64,000 nucleotides of DNA from positions 2,720,001 to 2,784,000 of the forward strand of contig CBDFMQ010000002.1 in the NCBI GenBank assembly GCA_965249725.1. The letters run 5' to 3'. This DNA is from Longimicrobiales bacterium. GTDB taxonomy: Bacteria > Gemmatimonadota > Gemmatimonadetes > Longimicrobiales > Gaopeijiaceae. Position 1 is the stretch's first letter; every line of letters starts with the position of its first letter. This document shows positions 30,993 through 40,491 of this stretch, piece by piece. A program made the position numbers and the translations under genes. A model generated the notes under the pieces. The model was not told the origin of the DNA, did not search any database, and worked only from the letters and a program-made list of their open reading frames with translations.

Positions 30993-31850
30993 TCAAATGT
31001 CTAGGTCATCGCCGGACAGCTCGAGCTTGAACCTCCTGGCTTGCCGGGTCACCCACCTTCTCCACGATGCGGGGGGCGGTGACAAGTCCTCGCCACGCTC
31101 CATCCGATCCAGGATTCCCTCCAATTCCTGCTGTACCTCACCTCGCCGCTTTCGTGAGTAATGGCCCGTAACGCGGACCACTCCCATGGCCACCGCACCG
31201 CCAACCACTGCTCCGAGCGACCACGCTCCAACCGTCGGGACCGCGAGGACTGACCCGAGGAATGCAGCTACCGCGAAAGCAACGCCTCCACCCGCCCCGA
31301 GGCCGCCGATCACGGCGCCTGACGTGTAGTCGGCCCGAACGCCCGGCTCCACGGCGATTTCGACCAGGGTGGTGTCTTCATCGACCTGCTGGAGGCGGAC
31401 CTGGATCTCCTTGGCCGACGCCCAGTAGACCGTCTGCGACATCGAAGCGCCTGCTCGCGCGAAGTTCGAAATCCAGTCGACGGCCGGTCTGTACAGGAGC
31501 ACGTCTGATCCCTGCCGCACCGGCTGAAGAAGATGCCCGGCCACGAGAAACTCGTCCATTATGATGCGGAGCCGCTCCCTGTCCCCTGGCACGACGCGCG
31601 ACACCCGCACCGTCACGGATCCAAAGACACGAGCTACCACCCCCTGTGGATCGTCCGCCGTCCGGAGCTCCGAGAGAGCGCGGCGCACGTGCGCGTCCGG
31701 AAGGCCCACCTCACGCGCGATTCGGAACAGCTCTCCCTCGTCGAGCGCTCCCTCGCCGCCGTCCGGGTCGGACGTCGCGAGTTCCGAAGCACGTTTGATC
31801 ACAGCCTCGAATTCCCGCCGGGTCAGGCTAGTGCCCTTCTCCTCAGTCAT
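30993..31850 (-). CDS. Hypothetical membrane protein
   Basis: E...IAREVGL....VRRAL N-terminal motif; two Gly-rich TMs. Confidence 0.7.
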   Translation of the reverse strand: MTEEKGTSLTRREFEAVIKRASELATSDPDGGEGALDEGELFRIAREVGLPDAHVRRALSELRTADDPQGVVARVFGSVTVRVSRVVPGDRERLRIIMDEFLVAGHLLQPVRQGSDVLLYRPAVDWISNFARAGASMSQTVYWASAKEIQVRLQQVDEDTTLVEIAVEPGVRADYTSGAVIGGLGAGGGVAFAVAAFLGSVLAVPTVGAWSLGAVVGGAVAMGVVRVTGHYSRKRRGEVQQELEGILDRMERGEDLSPPPASWRRWVTRQARRFKLELSGDDLDI

Positions 31851-31862
31851 GCCCCTCGGCCT

Positions 31863-33068
31863 CTACAGAATCTCCACGATCACAGCCCCACCCTGTCCGC
31901 CCCCGATACATGCGGACCCGAGACCGTAGCGACCCCCGCGCCTGCGTAGTTCATGAAGCAGGTGAATCGTGATGCGAGCGCCCGACGCGGCCAACGGATG
32001 CGTAATCGCGATCGCACCGCCATTGACGTTGGTCTTCTCGGGATCCAGACCAAGCTCCTTCTCAACGGACTTGTACTGAGGGGCGAAGGCCTCGTTCACC
32101 TCGACGAGGTCCATGTCATCGAGGGTCAGACCCGCCTGCTCCAGCGCCATGCGGGCCGCCGGTGCCGGACCGATGCCCATGACGCGGGGCTCCACACCCA
32201 CGAAGCCCCAGGACACGATACGTCCGAGCGGCTCGATGCCGTTCTGTTCGGCCCACTCGGCAGACGCCACCACGGCGCTCGCCGATCCGTCTCCGATGCC
32301 GCTGGCGTTCCCGGCCGTGACGAGTCCGTCCTTCTTGAAGTATGGGCGCAGCGCTCCAAGAGCCTTGAGCGTGGCATCCGGACGCATATGCTCGTCATAC
32401 GCGAACTCGGTGTCGCCCCTCCGTGACTTGATGGTGACCGGCGCGACCTCTGCGTCGAAGTAACCCGCGTCCCAGGCCGCCTTCGCCCGCTGCTGGCTGT
32501 TGATTGCGACCTGATCGGTCTCCACACGCGTGACGTCATAGCGCTCGGCCAGTTCCTCGGCGGTCTGGGCCATGGTCAGATCGCAATTAGTGTCCATCAG
32601 CGATTCCCAGAGCATGTCCTCCAGTGCACCACCGGCGGGGCCCAGCCGGAGATTGCCCCACCTGGCCCCCCGGAGTACATGGGGGGCCTGGCTCATCGAT
32701 TCGGTCCCCCCACAGAGGGTGACGTCGGCTCCTCCGAGGAGGATCTCCTTGGCACCCTGGACGATGGCCTCGAAGCCCGAACCGCACAGCCGATTGACCG
32801 TCACGGCCGGCTTTTCTTGAGGCACACGCGACCGGAGTGCAACGTGGCGAGCGAGGTAGATGGCATCCGCCGACGTCTGTAAGGCGTTGCCGAAGAAGGT
32901 ATGGTCGATCTGATCGGCCGCGATGCCCGCTGCCTCGATCGCGGCAACACTGGAGACGACGCCCAGATCGGTGGCGGTGAAGTCCTTCAGGCTTCCCCCG
33001 AAGGTCCCGAAGGCGGTCCTCTTTCCCGAAAGGACGACGATATCCTTGGACTGCCCCTGCGTTCCCAT
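31863..33068 (-). CDS. Acetyl-CoA C-acyltransferase (thiolase)
   Basis: NRLCGSG, NEAF, HPLAASG, ACIGGGQG. Confidence 0.95.
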   Translation of the reverse strand: MGTQGQSKDIVVLSGKRTAFGTFGGSLKDFTATDLGVVSSVAAIEAAGIAADQIDHTFFGNALQTSADAIYLARHVALRSRVPQEKPAVTVNRLCGSGFEAIVQGAKEILLGGADVTLCGGTESMSQAPHVLRGARWGNLRLGPAGGALEDMLWESLMDTNCDLTMAQTAEELAERYDVTRVETDQVAINSQQRAKAAWDAGYFDAEVAPVTIKSRRGDTEFAYDEHMRPDATLKALGALRPYFKKDGLVTAGNASGIGDGSASAVVASAEWAEQNGIEPLGRIVSWGFVGVEPRVMGIGPAPAARMALEQAGLTLDDMDLVEVNEAFAPQYKSVEKELGLDPEKTNVNGGAIAITHPLAASGARITIHLLHELRRRGGRYGLGSACIGGGQGGAVIVEIL

Positions 33069-33173
33069 CTACCCCTAACAATTCTGCGGATTGTGGTCGG
33101 AAAAACGACGCTCGGAGTCGACGCGCCGTTGGCCTTGGGCTACCCCCGTGGGACGGGAACGGTTCGTGACCGA

Positions 33174-34253
33174 CTACACGAATTCCTCTTCGGGCTCCTC
33201 CTCGAGATACTGCCTGAAGGCCTCCTTCTGATTGGCCTTCATATACGCCTCCTTGGAATCGATGACCCCGGACATCAGATACTCGAGGATATGCTGATCC
33301 AGGAGTTGCATGCCGTCCTTCTTACCTGTCTGAATCATGGACGGGATCTGGTGGATCTTGCCTTCGCGGATCAAAGCCCTGACCGCGTTGGTCCCCACCA
33401 TGATCTCCCGGGCCGCGCAGCGACCCTTGCCGCCCTTCTTGCGCAGCAGGACCTGCGAAATCACACCCTTGATCGACTCGGCGAGCATAGCCCGGATCTG
33501 CTCCTGCTGATCCGCGGGGAAAACGTCGATGATTCGGTCGATCGTCTTGGGGGCTGAGTTCGTATGGAGCGTCCCGAACACCAAGTGACCCGTTTCGGCA
33601 GCGGTGATCCCGAGCTCGATGGTCTCACGGTCTCGCATCTCGCCAACCAGGATCACGTCTGGGTCCTCCCTGAGTGCGGCACGCAATGCGTTCGCGAAGC
33701 TCTTCGTGTTCGTGCCCACCTCTCGCTGGTTGACCAGGCACATCTTGTTGGCGTGCACGAACTCGATCGGATCCTCGATGGTCAGGATATGGTCGGCACG
33801 GGTGTCGTTGATGAGGTCCACCATGCCCGCCAGCGTGGTGCTCTTTCCCGAGCCGGTGGGACCGGTGACGAGCACCAGACCCTTCGTGAGCATGCACATT
33901 CTCCTGATCGGTTCGCTGAGACCCAACTGATCCGCCGTGAGAATATCCGTCGGAATCGTGCGCATGACCGCTCCGAGTCCGTTCTTCTGATGGAAGATGT
34001 TGACCCTGAAGCGCGAGACCCCTGGAATCTCGTAGGCGAAGTCGAAGTCCATCTCGTCGAGGAACCGCATCCGCCATTCCTCTTCCATGATCTCGAAGAT
34101 GAGCTTCTCCGTGTCCTTGGCCGTCAGTTCACGAAACTTGATCCGCTGCATGTGGCCGTGGACGCGGATGACGGGTACGGAGCCGGTGGTGAGATGGAGA
34201 TCCGACCCTCCCTGTTCCACCATCACCTTGAGAAACTGGTCAATCTGGGCCAT
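33174..34253 (-). CDS. pilT: Type IV pilus retraction ATPase
   Basis: GPTGSGKSTT, EDPIE, ALREDPDVILVGEMRD, AETGHLVFGTLH, ALIREGK, GMQ. Confidence 0.93.
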   Translation of the reverse strand: MAQIDQFLKVMVEQGGSDLHLTTGSVPVIRVHGHMQRIKFRELTAKDTEKLIFEIMEEEWRMRFLDEMDFDFAYEIPGVSRFRVNIFHQKNGLGAVMRTIPTDILTADQLGLSEPIRRMCMLTKGLVLVTGPTGSGKSTTLAGMVDLINDTRADHILTIEDPIEFVHANKMCLVNQREVGTNTKSFANALRAALREDPDVILVGEMRDRETIELGITAAETGHLVFGTLHTNSAPKTIDRIIDVFPADQQEQIRAMLAESIKGVISQVLLRKKGGKGRCAAREIMVGTNAVRALIREGKIHQIPSMIQTGKKDGMQLLDQHILEYLMSGVIDSKEAYMKANQKEAFRQYLEEEPEEEFV

Positions 34254-34302
34254 CAGGTGTCCTTGTCGGTCGTAATCTCAGTGATTGTTTGCATGCCCCT
34301 GG

Positions 34303-35565
34303 TCAACCGTGCAACGGTTCGAGAGTCCACTCGAGCCGGTCCCCCTCTTGAGCCTCGATCTTCAGCTCCCATCGGATTCCCGCCTCGTGGGCCACACGCG
34401 TTTCCACCTCTCCAGTCCAGCGCACAAAGGCGATGGCGGCGATGTCGAGCGCCGATTGCAGCCACTTCTCCGGGTTCCCCGGCAGATCTACCGTGACCAC
34501 GTCGAAGTGGAAGCCTCGAATGGAGTCCAATTCGGCCGCCCAATCGTCTTCACTCATCGGGAGCTCGACCGAAAACGCATGGTTCGCCGCTCGGCTTTCC
34601 GGGTCGGTCAGGTAGATACTCCTCCACGAAGGATCGAGCATGAGCGTGGGCAAATGGGGGAGAATGTCGTGACCGAGCTCGACCGGATCCGAAATCACCA
34701 GGAATCGAGCCGACCCCGACCGCGCCAGTAGCCGAATCTCAGACAGGATGCCCGCCGGCGGCGGAGGATACTTCGCCTGCAGTTGGGCATAGGCCTCCAC
34801 AGGCCGGAAGAGGTACTCAGCCCCGCTCTCGTCGGCGAGATACTGGACCTCGATCGGAGTGATCATGCCGTCGCGGTTCACGTGCCCGCTCCAGCTCGCC
34901 CTCAGAGCATCGCCGATCTCGTCATTCGGTGAGGGGGAGACGAGCTCCTGCAGCTCGGAGTTCCAGAGGCCCTCGAGCGGTCTTCTCCGGATCCGACCGC
35001 CGTCGTCGTACCATGCCCAGGCCCGGTGACCGCGGGTGGATATGCCGAACCGTTTCGAGGTCGCGTCCAGCGCCATGGAGAACACCTCGGACATGCTGGC
35101 GGGCGCGGGCCGCTCCCCCTCTTCCTGTGCGGCGGCGCGGGCATACACCTGGCGAATCAGCTCCCGAATCTTGGTCGAAGAGGCCAGAGCCAGCTCGATA
35201 TTCAGATCCGTTCGCGCCTGGAGAACGTCCACCGCCTCAGTCTTGATGGGCGAGTCCACAATGACGGTGAGCACCTTCTCCGTCTTCATGATGGGCAACG
35301 TGAGGTGGGCCAGCGCCCACTCGGGCGACACCAGAGCCGCGGCCTCCGGATCGATGCTGTCGGCATCGGGAAAGACGTAGGGGAGGTCAAACTGGGAGGC
35401 GAGTCCCCACTCGAGCTCTTCCGGCGTGACGAGTTCCAGAGCGAGGAGCGACTCGCCGAAGAACCCCCCGGATTCCTGTTGGTGTGCCAGCGCCCTCGCC
35501 ACATCCTCTTCAGTGATGCGGCCGAAGCTCATGAGGATCTGACCGATGGTACGTCGTTCAGCCAT
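34303..35565 (-). CDS. MshEN-domain PilB/GspE-like protein with degenerate ATPase domain
   Basis: RTIGQILMSFGRITEEDVARALAHQ and FFGESLLALELVTPEELEWGLASQ repeats; no GxxGxGKT. Confidence 0.7.
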   Translation of the reverse strand: MAERRTIGQILMSFGRITEEDVARALAHQQESGGFFGESLLALELVTPEELEWGLASQFDLPYVFPDADSIDPEAAALVSPEWALAHLTLPIMKTEKVLTVIVDSPIKTEAVDVLQARTDLNIELALASSTKIRELIRQVYARAAAQEEGERPAPASMSEVFSMALDATSKRFGISTRGHRAWAWYDDGGRIRRRPLEGLWNSELQELVSPSPNDEIGDALRASWSGHVNRDGMITPIEVQYLADESGAEYLFRPVEAYAQLQAKYPPPPAGILSEIRLLARSGSARFLVISDPVELGHDILPHLPTLMLDPSWRSIYLTDPESRAANHAFSVELPMSEDDWAAELDSIRGFHFDVVTVDLPGNPEKWLQSALDIAAIAFVRWTGEVETRVAHEAGIRWELKIEAQEGDRLEWTLEPLHG

Positions 35566-35571
35566 CTTGGG

Positions 35572-36648
35572 TCATCCGTTGCTGTGAGATGTTGAGGGCC
35601 CGCCCGAAGACAGGGTATCACAGATCCACCGACCTACGTCCGACGTGGAACTGCTCCCTCCCAGATCGGGCGTCATCACGCCTCCGCTGAAGGCCCCCCG
35701 AACCGCGGCCTCCACAGCCGCCGACTCCTCGTCCCAACCGAAGTGGGCAAGGAGCAGAGCGACGCATCGGATCGCGCCCATGGGGTTTGCGATGCCTTCC
35801 CCCGCTATGTCAGGTGCAGAACCATGGACCGGCTCGAAAAGAGCGTGGCGCCCCGGGTGCACGTTGGCGGAAGGGGCAAGCCCCAGACCGCCCGTGATCT
35901 CCGCGGCCAGATCGCTGAGAATGTCCCCGAACAGATTGGAGGTCACGATCACCGAATACTGGTCTGGCCTACGCACGAGATCCATGGCCATTGCGTCCAC
36001 ATACATACTGTCTTGGCGGACGCCAAGATAGTCCTCCCCCACCTCCGCGAAGGTCCGACGCCATAGCGAGCCCGCCTTGGGCATCGCATTGGCCTTGTCC
36101 ACCATGGTCACGTGATCGCGTCCGTTCGCCTCCGCGTGCTCGAAAGCCGCGCGGATGATGCGCTCGACCCCGGATCTCGTGTTCAGGTCTTCCTGGATCG
36201 CCACCTCGTCAGGCGTGCCCTCGTCGGTGACCTGGCCGTGGTTCACATATAGACCCTCGGTGTTTTCCCGGAAGATCTCCAGATGAATGGGACCCGCATC
36301 CTTAAGGGGGCACAGCGACGGGTGCAGAGGCACGCACGGCCGGAAATTCACGTAGAGGTCCAGGCGAAAGCGCATACCCAGGAGGATGTCCCTGGCATGG
36401 GCGTTGTCCGGGACTCTCGGATCCCCCAGGGCGCCGAGGAAGACGGCGTCGTAGTCCTCGGAGAGCGCACGGAACTCCTCATCCGTGATCGTCACTCCGT
36501 CGCGGAGGTACCGCTCGGCCCCGAGGTCCTGTTCAACCAACTCGAGGTCCAGGGTCGCGACGTCTCGGAGACACTCCAACACCCGAGTCGCCTCACGTGT
36601 GACTTCGGTCCCGATCCCGTCTCCGGGAATGATCGCGATTCGAGGCAT
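35572..36648 (-). CDS. Isocitrate/isopropylmalate dehydrogenase family (LeuB-like)
   Basis: IPGDGIG.EV, RENTEGLY, NLFGDILSD, FEPVHGSAPDIAG. Confidence 0.9.
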   Translation of the reverse strand: MPRIAIIPGDGIGTEVTREATRVLECLRDVATLDLELVEQDLGAERYLRDGVTITDEEFRALSEDYDAVFLGALGDPRVPDNAHARDILLGMRFRLDLYVNFRPCVPLHPSLCPLKDAGPIHLEIFRENTEGLYVNHGQVTDEGTPDEVAIQEDLNTRSGVERIIRAAFEHAEANGRDHVTMVDKANAMPKAGSLWRRTFAEVGEDYLGVRQDSMYVDAMAMDLVRRPDQYSVIVTSNLFGDILSDLAAEITGGLGLAPSANVHPGRHALFEPVHGSAPDIAGEGIANPMGAIRCVALLLAHFGWDEESAAVEAAVRGAFSGGVMTPDLGGSSSTSDVGRWICDTLSSGGPSTSHSNG

Positions 36649-36698
36649 CGCCTAGAAACCGTGTCTTCGAGCGGCCACTACAATTGGATACGGGGCCA

Positions 36699-37154
36699 CT
36701 ACCGCTCCGCGGACTCCCTCCCGACGGTGACACTCCCGTAGACCGGCTCTCCGTGACTCCTGCTCGTGAAGACGTACCGGCCTTCAGGGGCCTCGCGGAA
36801 ATCTACGAAGAAGCGGGTGCCTCGTTCGAGGAGCGGTGGGCTATGCACCTGACCCGTCGCAAGCAGATACTCGCGACCTCGGTCAGATAGGGAGTCGGCA
36901 ACGAACGAGAGCGTATGCACCCTACGGTCGAGCGTGATGAACTCGACCCACTCTCCGGTCCCGATCTCGATAGCGAGGGGCAGCACATGCTCCTGATCCC
37001 GACCACCGCCCAAGTGGATCACCCGGGACGTCTCCCCGGGAGGGAGGACGGCGCGCCGGCTCTCCACAGCCTCTCCAGATGTCGTCTCGGCCTCTACACC
37101 ACATCCGACCATTACAACGAGGGCCAATACCGAGAGAGCCTGGAGCCTACTCAC
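36699..37154 (-). CDS. Putative lipoprotein, cupredoxin-like fold possible
   Basis: Lipobox-like MVGC; G..VEF..D...H...F...P.G.Y.F pattern, Cu-ligand Cys absent. Confidence 0.55.
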   Translation of the reverse strand: MSRLQALSVLALVVMVGCGVEAETTSGEAVESRRAVLPPGETSRVIHLGGGRDQEHVLPLAIEIGTGEWVEFITLDRRVHTLSFVADSLSDRGREYLLATGQVHSPPLLERGTRFFVDFREAPEGRYVFTSRSHGEPVYGSVTVGRESAER

Positions 37155-38028
37155 TTACGCCGGTCCCGCAGGAGATGCAGAACTGCCAACCGGTCTCGAG
37201 CTCCTCTCCGCACGTGGGGCACGGAGTGAGTCTGAGATCGCTGCCGCAGAAGGGACAGAAATTGAGAAGCTCACGGCTGGGTAGACTCTGACGACACCAG
37301 TGGCAGGCCGACGGACCATCCTCGTCCGACACCTCAGTTGGTGTCTCCCCTTGCTCCTCGATCTCGTCCGACGGAGCCTGCTCCTCGGACTGGAAGAGAT
37401 CCCTTCCCTGTCCGTAATCACGGTCCTGGACCGACTCCTCATCGTAGCCGGACTCAGCCTCCGCGACTTGCGCGTCCAAAACAGGAGAGTCGGTGGCGGC
37501 GGCGGGATCCCCCGCGCCGGGATCGTCTCCTTCCGAGTCCAGGTCGTCTGCCTCCGTGCCCGGCATCGGCACCAAGAAACCGACATCCGCCAGTTCGATG
37601 TGTCCGACTACGCCATCGCTAACGGCGTCGGGTCTCAGCTCGGCTATGTCGACGGTCTCACGTTCCATCACCTCACCCGCCGAAGCCAGGATCCGATCCG
37701 GATTCAAACGGACGTCGGCAGCCGCGAAGTCACGGAAGAGACCCGTGTTCGGAGCCGCATTCTCCAACTCCTGTCGGATCTCGCGGCGCGCCACTTCGGA
37801 ATCGAGAAGCAGATAATCACCCTCACCGGCAAGGAGCCTCAAGAGGATGTCCTCGTAGTCCCCGTTCATCTCGACCCCGATGAGATCACGATGGGACCGG
37901 TAGGGCACCAGGTTCTGATAGATCTCCGCTACGGTAAACGGCTTGGTCAGGTACTCGGGCCGGGACTCCGAGATCTCCTGGAGCAGGACCTGGTGGAAGC
38001 GGTCCAGAGTTTCGCTAGATGGAGGCAT
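37147..38028 (-). CDS. Double zinc-ribbon domain protein
   Basis: C-terminal CHWC..FCPFCG..CPTCG..FCISCG; acidic linker. Confidence 0.8.
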   Translation of the reverse strand: MPPSSETLDRFHQVLLQEISESRPEYLTKPFTVAEIYQNLVPYRSHRDLIGVEMNGDYEDILLRLLAGEGDYLLLDSEVARREIRQELENAAPNTGLFRDFAAADVRLNPDRILASAGEVMERETVDIAELRPDAVSDGVVGHIELADVGFLVPMPGTEADDLDSEGDDPGAGDPAAATDSPVLDAQVAEAESGYDEESVQDRDYGQGRDLFQSEEQAPSDEIEEQGETPTEVSDEDGPSACHWCRQSLPSRELLNFCPFCGSDLRLTPCPTCGEELETGWQFCISCGTGVSE

Positions 38029-38050
38029 GGGGCTCAGTCCGCGAGGGGAT

Positions 38051-39148
38051 TCAGTCTTCGAGATACACCAAAGAAGCCTTGATGGCCGCCTCTAGGAAAC
38101 TCTCCGGATCCATGAACGGAATCTCTACACCGCGCTGCTCGTGCCAGCGCTCTGCCAACCTTCTCATATAATGTGACAGGGTCTCGTGGGAGAAGCCTGC
38201 ATGATCTCGCATCTGTCGTACGATTTCATGCCAGGTTCCCCGAAAGAGATGCCCGTCGGCTAGGCGGATCTGGTGTAGCTCGGCGTCCGCACCACGCTCC
38301 CCTCGCTCGAAGAGTTCCAGCTGGCTGGGGTCAGGCAGGGGTCCTTGGACTCCATTGACCTGGGCTTCGACCTCAGCCAACAGCCGGTCGATCGGGTCGT
38401 GGAGTGCCTCGAGCCCTGCCAGCCTCTCCTGCCAGGGTTCCAGGCGCTTGTCGCCCTCGTCCATGTGCCAAAGGGCTCGTTTCAGCTCGATGAGGCGCCA
38501 CACCGCAAGCGAATCCCAATGATCGAGGGGAGGAACACGCTCGAACTCCCGGAGCGCCCCATCCCAATCGCCGCGGTCGTAGAGCAGGTGGCCGAGATAT
38601 ACCCGTGCCTCATGAAGATCCGGGTCCAGCCGGAGGGCCCGCCTGATCTGTCGACCCCCTCCGACTTCATCGCCCAGCCGGTGGAGCGAATAACCAAGCG
38701 AGGCCGCCGCCTCAGCGTTGTCCGGCCGGGCCGCCGCGGCTTTGGCGAAGACGTCTCGGCTCTCTGCGTATAGGCTCTCCCGGTACAGCGCGCGACCCAT
38801 GGTGAGCATGAGCTCCACATCGTCCTCGAAGCCCATCCCCGCGACCCGCTCGAACAGGCCGAGCGCCGCCTCCCGCTCGCCGAACCGAAGTAGAGTCTCG
38901 CCGAGGCCGACCAACCCGTCCTCGTGTCCCTGGTCGAGTACGAGGGCGCGCTCGAACGCCTGCCTCGCCCACGCGTACTCCTCTCTTGCCAGGCGGGCGT
39001 AGCCCATTCCCACACACAACTCTACGGCATTAGGGTATAGCGAAAGGCCCTCTTTGAGCATCTCGAGGGCCCCTTCATAGTCACCGTCGTTGTAGAGCTG
39101 GTGCGCCTGTTCGTCGTATTCCTCGGAGCTGAGGAATCGCTCTGGCAT
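38051..39148 (-). CDS. TPR-repeat protein with unknown C-terminal domain
   Basis: Repeated A...FERAL.LDP / LG..L TPR pattern. Confidence 0.85.
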   Translation of the reverse strand: MPERFLSSEEYDEQAHQLYNDGDYEGALEMLKEGLSLYPNAVELCVGMGYARLAREEYAWARQAFERALVLDQGHEDGLVGLGETLLRFGEREAALGLFERVAGMGFEDDVELMLTMGRALYRESLYAESRDVFAKAAAARPDNAEAAASLGYSLHRLGDEVGGGRQIRRALRLDPDLHEARVYLGHLLYDRGDWDGALREFERVPPLDHWDSLAVWRLIELKRALWHMDEGDKRLEPWQERLAGLEALHDPIDRLLAEVEAQVNGVQGPLPDPSQLELFERGERGADAELHQIRLADGHLFRGTWHEIVRQMRDHAGFSHETLSHYMRRLAERWHEQRGVEIPFMDPESFLEAAIKASLVYLED

Positions 39149-39282
39149 CGCGATATGGCTCCTTCGGGTAGAAGTTGAGGCGTCTGTCCCGAACTTAATG
39201 AACGCCGATCCCGATCACCACCCTGTCTTTTCCCCGCCGGGAGACCCCACCCATCGGTGGGCTCATCGGAGGGCTCAGGCGC

Positions 39283-39654
39283 TCAGGCCTTGGCGAATCG
39301 CACCCCGCACAGAGGGCACAAATAGTCGTTCTTCACACGAATCAGCAGTTGGTCCACGTGCCGCGGGCACTTAGGCTCCCGGCCCTCCGCAATCATCTCC
39401 CTGACCTTGGTCCGTTCGGTGCGCGTCGCCTTGTTGACATTCAGGCGATACCGAAGAGAGGAAGTGTTGCACTCGAGGAGTATGGAGCCCGACCCGTCGT
39501 CCTCCGGCTGCACTCGTAGCACCATGAGAAAGCCGCCCGCCGGAGACGGCAGACGATTGCCCTCGTAGTAAAGACCCAGGAGGTCCTTCTCGTCGGAGAG
39601 CGGAAAGGGCGTATCGCCTTCCACCACGGCGCTGTCCGGTTTTGTCTTGCTCAT
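39283..39654 (-). CDS. Small hypothetical protein, C-terminal Zn-ribbon-like
   Basis: MSKTKP start; CPRH...CPLCG. Confidence 0.65.
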   Translation of the reverse strand: MSKTKPDSAVVEGDTPFPLSDEKDLLGLYYEGNRLPSPAGGFLMVLRVQPEDDGSGSILLECNTSSLRYRLNVNKATRTERTKVREMIAEGREPKCPRHVDQLLIRVKNDYLCPLCGVRFAKA

Positions 39655-39875
39655 GAGGCCTCGCGGGGTCTGCAGAGCCCGCGGTTTCGTGTTCTCGGAG
39701 AATAGAAGTAAGCGCCGTCGGAGGGCTGTTGGGATGGTCCGACCGGCCCGTCCACACCCACCTTCCGCAGCCAAAGGCCCGGCAAGATATCACGCGCAGG
39801 GCGAGTCCGCAAAACACCAGGTGCGCGCGTACTACCCGCTGGTCGGCGTAGGGCCTTTGCACTAGACAAACAAAG

Positions 39876-39906
39876 AAAAAACGACGGGAAACCGGGTTTC
39901 CCGCCG
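39876..39906 (-). terminator. Intrinsic terminator
   Basis: Minus strand CGGCGGGAAA-CCCGG-TTTCCCGTCG-TTTTTT, downstream of the 39942 ORF. Confidence 0.75.
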
Positions 39907-39941
39907 CTCGCTAACAGCGCAGCTCGATCGCTTCCGAGCGT

Positions 39942-40334
39942 TCAGGCCGCGTTTGCGTCGTCCCCTTCTTCCGGGGTATTCTCGGCTTCATCCGTTGCGG
40001 AGTCCGCAGCAGCGGTCGGCTCGTCGAGCGATTCACCATCTTCGACGGACTCTACGCCGGGCACGACTTCCACCTCAGTCCCATCAAGGGGAGGATCCGC
40101 AACAGCAGTCTGGGTGGGGACGTTGTTAATGGCAGGCTGGCAGAACCGTATCCCTACAGAGTGCAGCTCGGTAAGATCGGGCTTCGCCAACTCGGGGTAA
40201 CGTTCGCCCAGATAGTCGATCGTCTCGTCCATCCAAACGGTCTTGTCCTCATCCGTCGCGTTGAGCACACCACATCGGTTGATATGGCTGAACAACTCGT
40301 CCCGAGCCTTCGCGAAGAGCTTTTCGTTGGGCAC
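39942..40334 (-). CDS. Hypothetical protein with acidic tail
   Basis: RBS GGAGGT; ARDELFSHINRCGV globular N-terminus. Confidence 0.75.
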   Translation of the reverse strand: MPNEKLFAKARDELFSHINRCGVLNATDEDKTVWMDETIDYLGERYPELAKPDLTELHSVGIRFCQPAINNVPTQTAVADPPLDGTEVEVVPGVESVEDGESLDEPTAAADSATDEAENTPEEGDDANAA

Positions 40335-40491
40335 TTACACCTCCGTTATACGTCAGGAACGGCAGTCGGATGCCCGTTCCGAGAATGCTACGTACTGTCT
40401 CAGCCGTTTAACCTAACGCAAGCCCTATGGTCGGCCAACTAGCGGTTTACGCGCTTCGGAAGGCGCGATTCCCACACCCACGGCAGGCACC

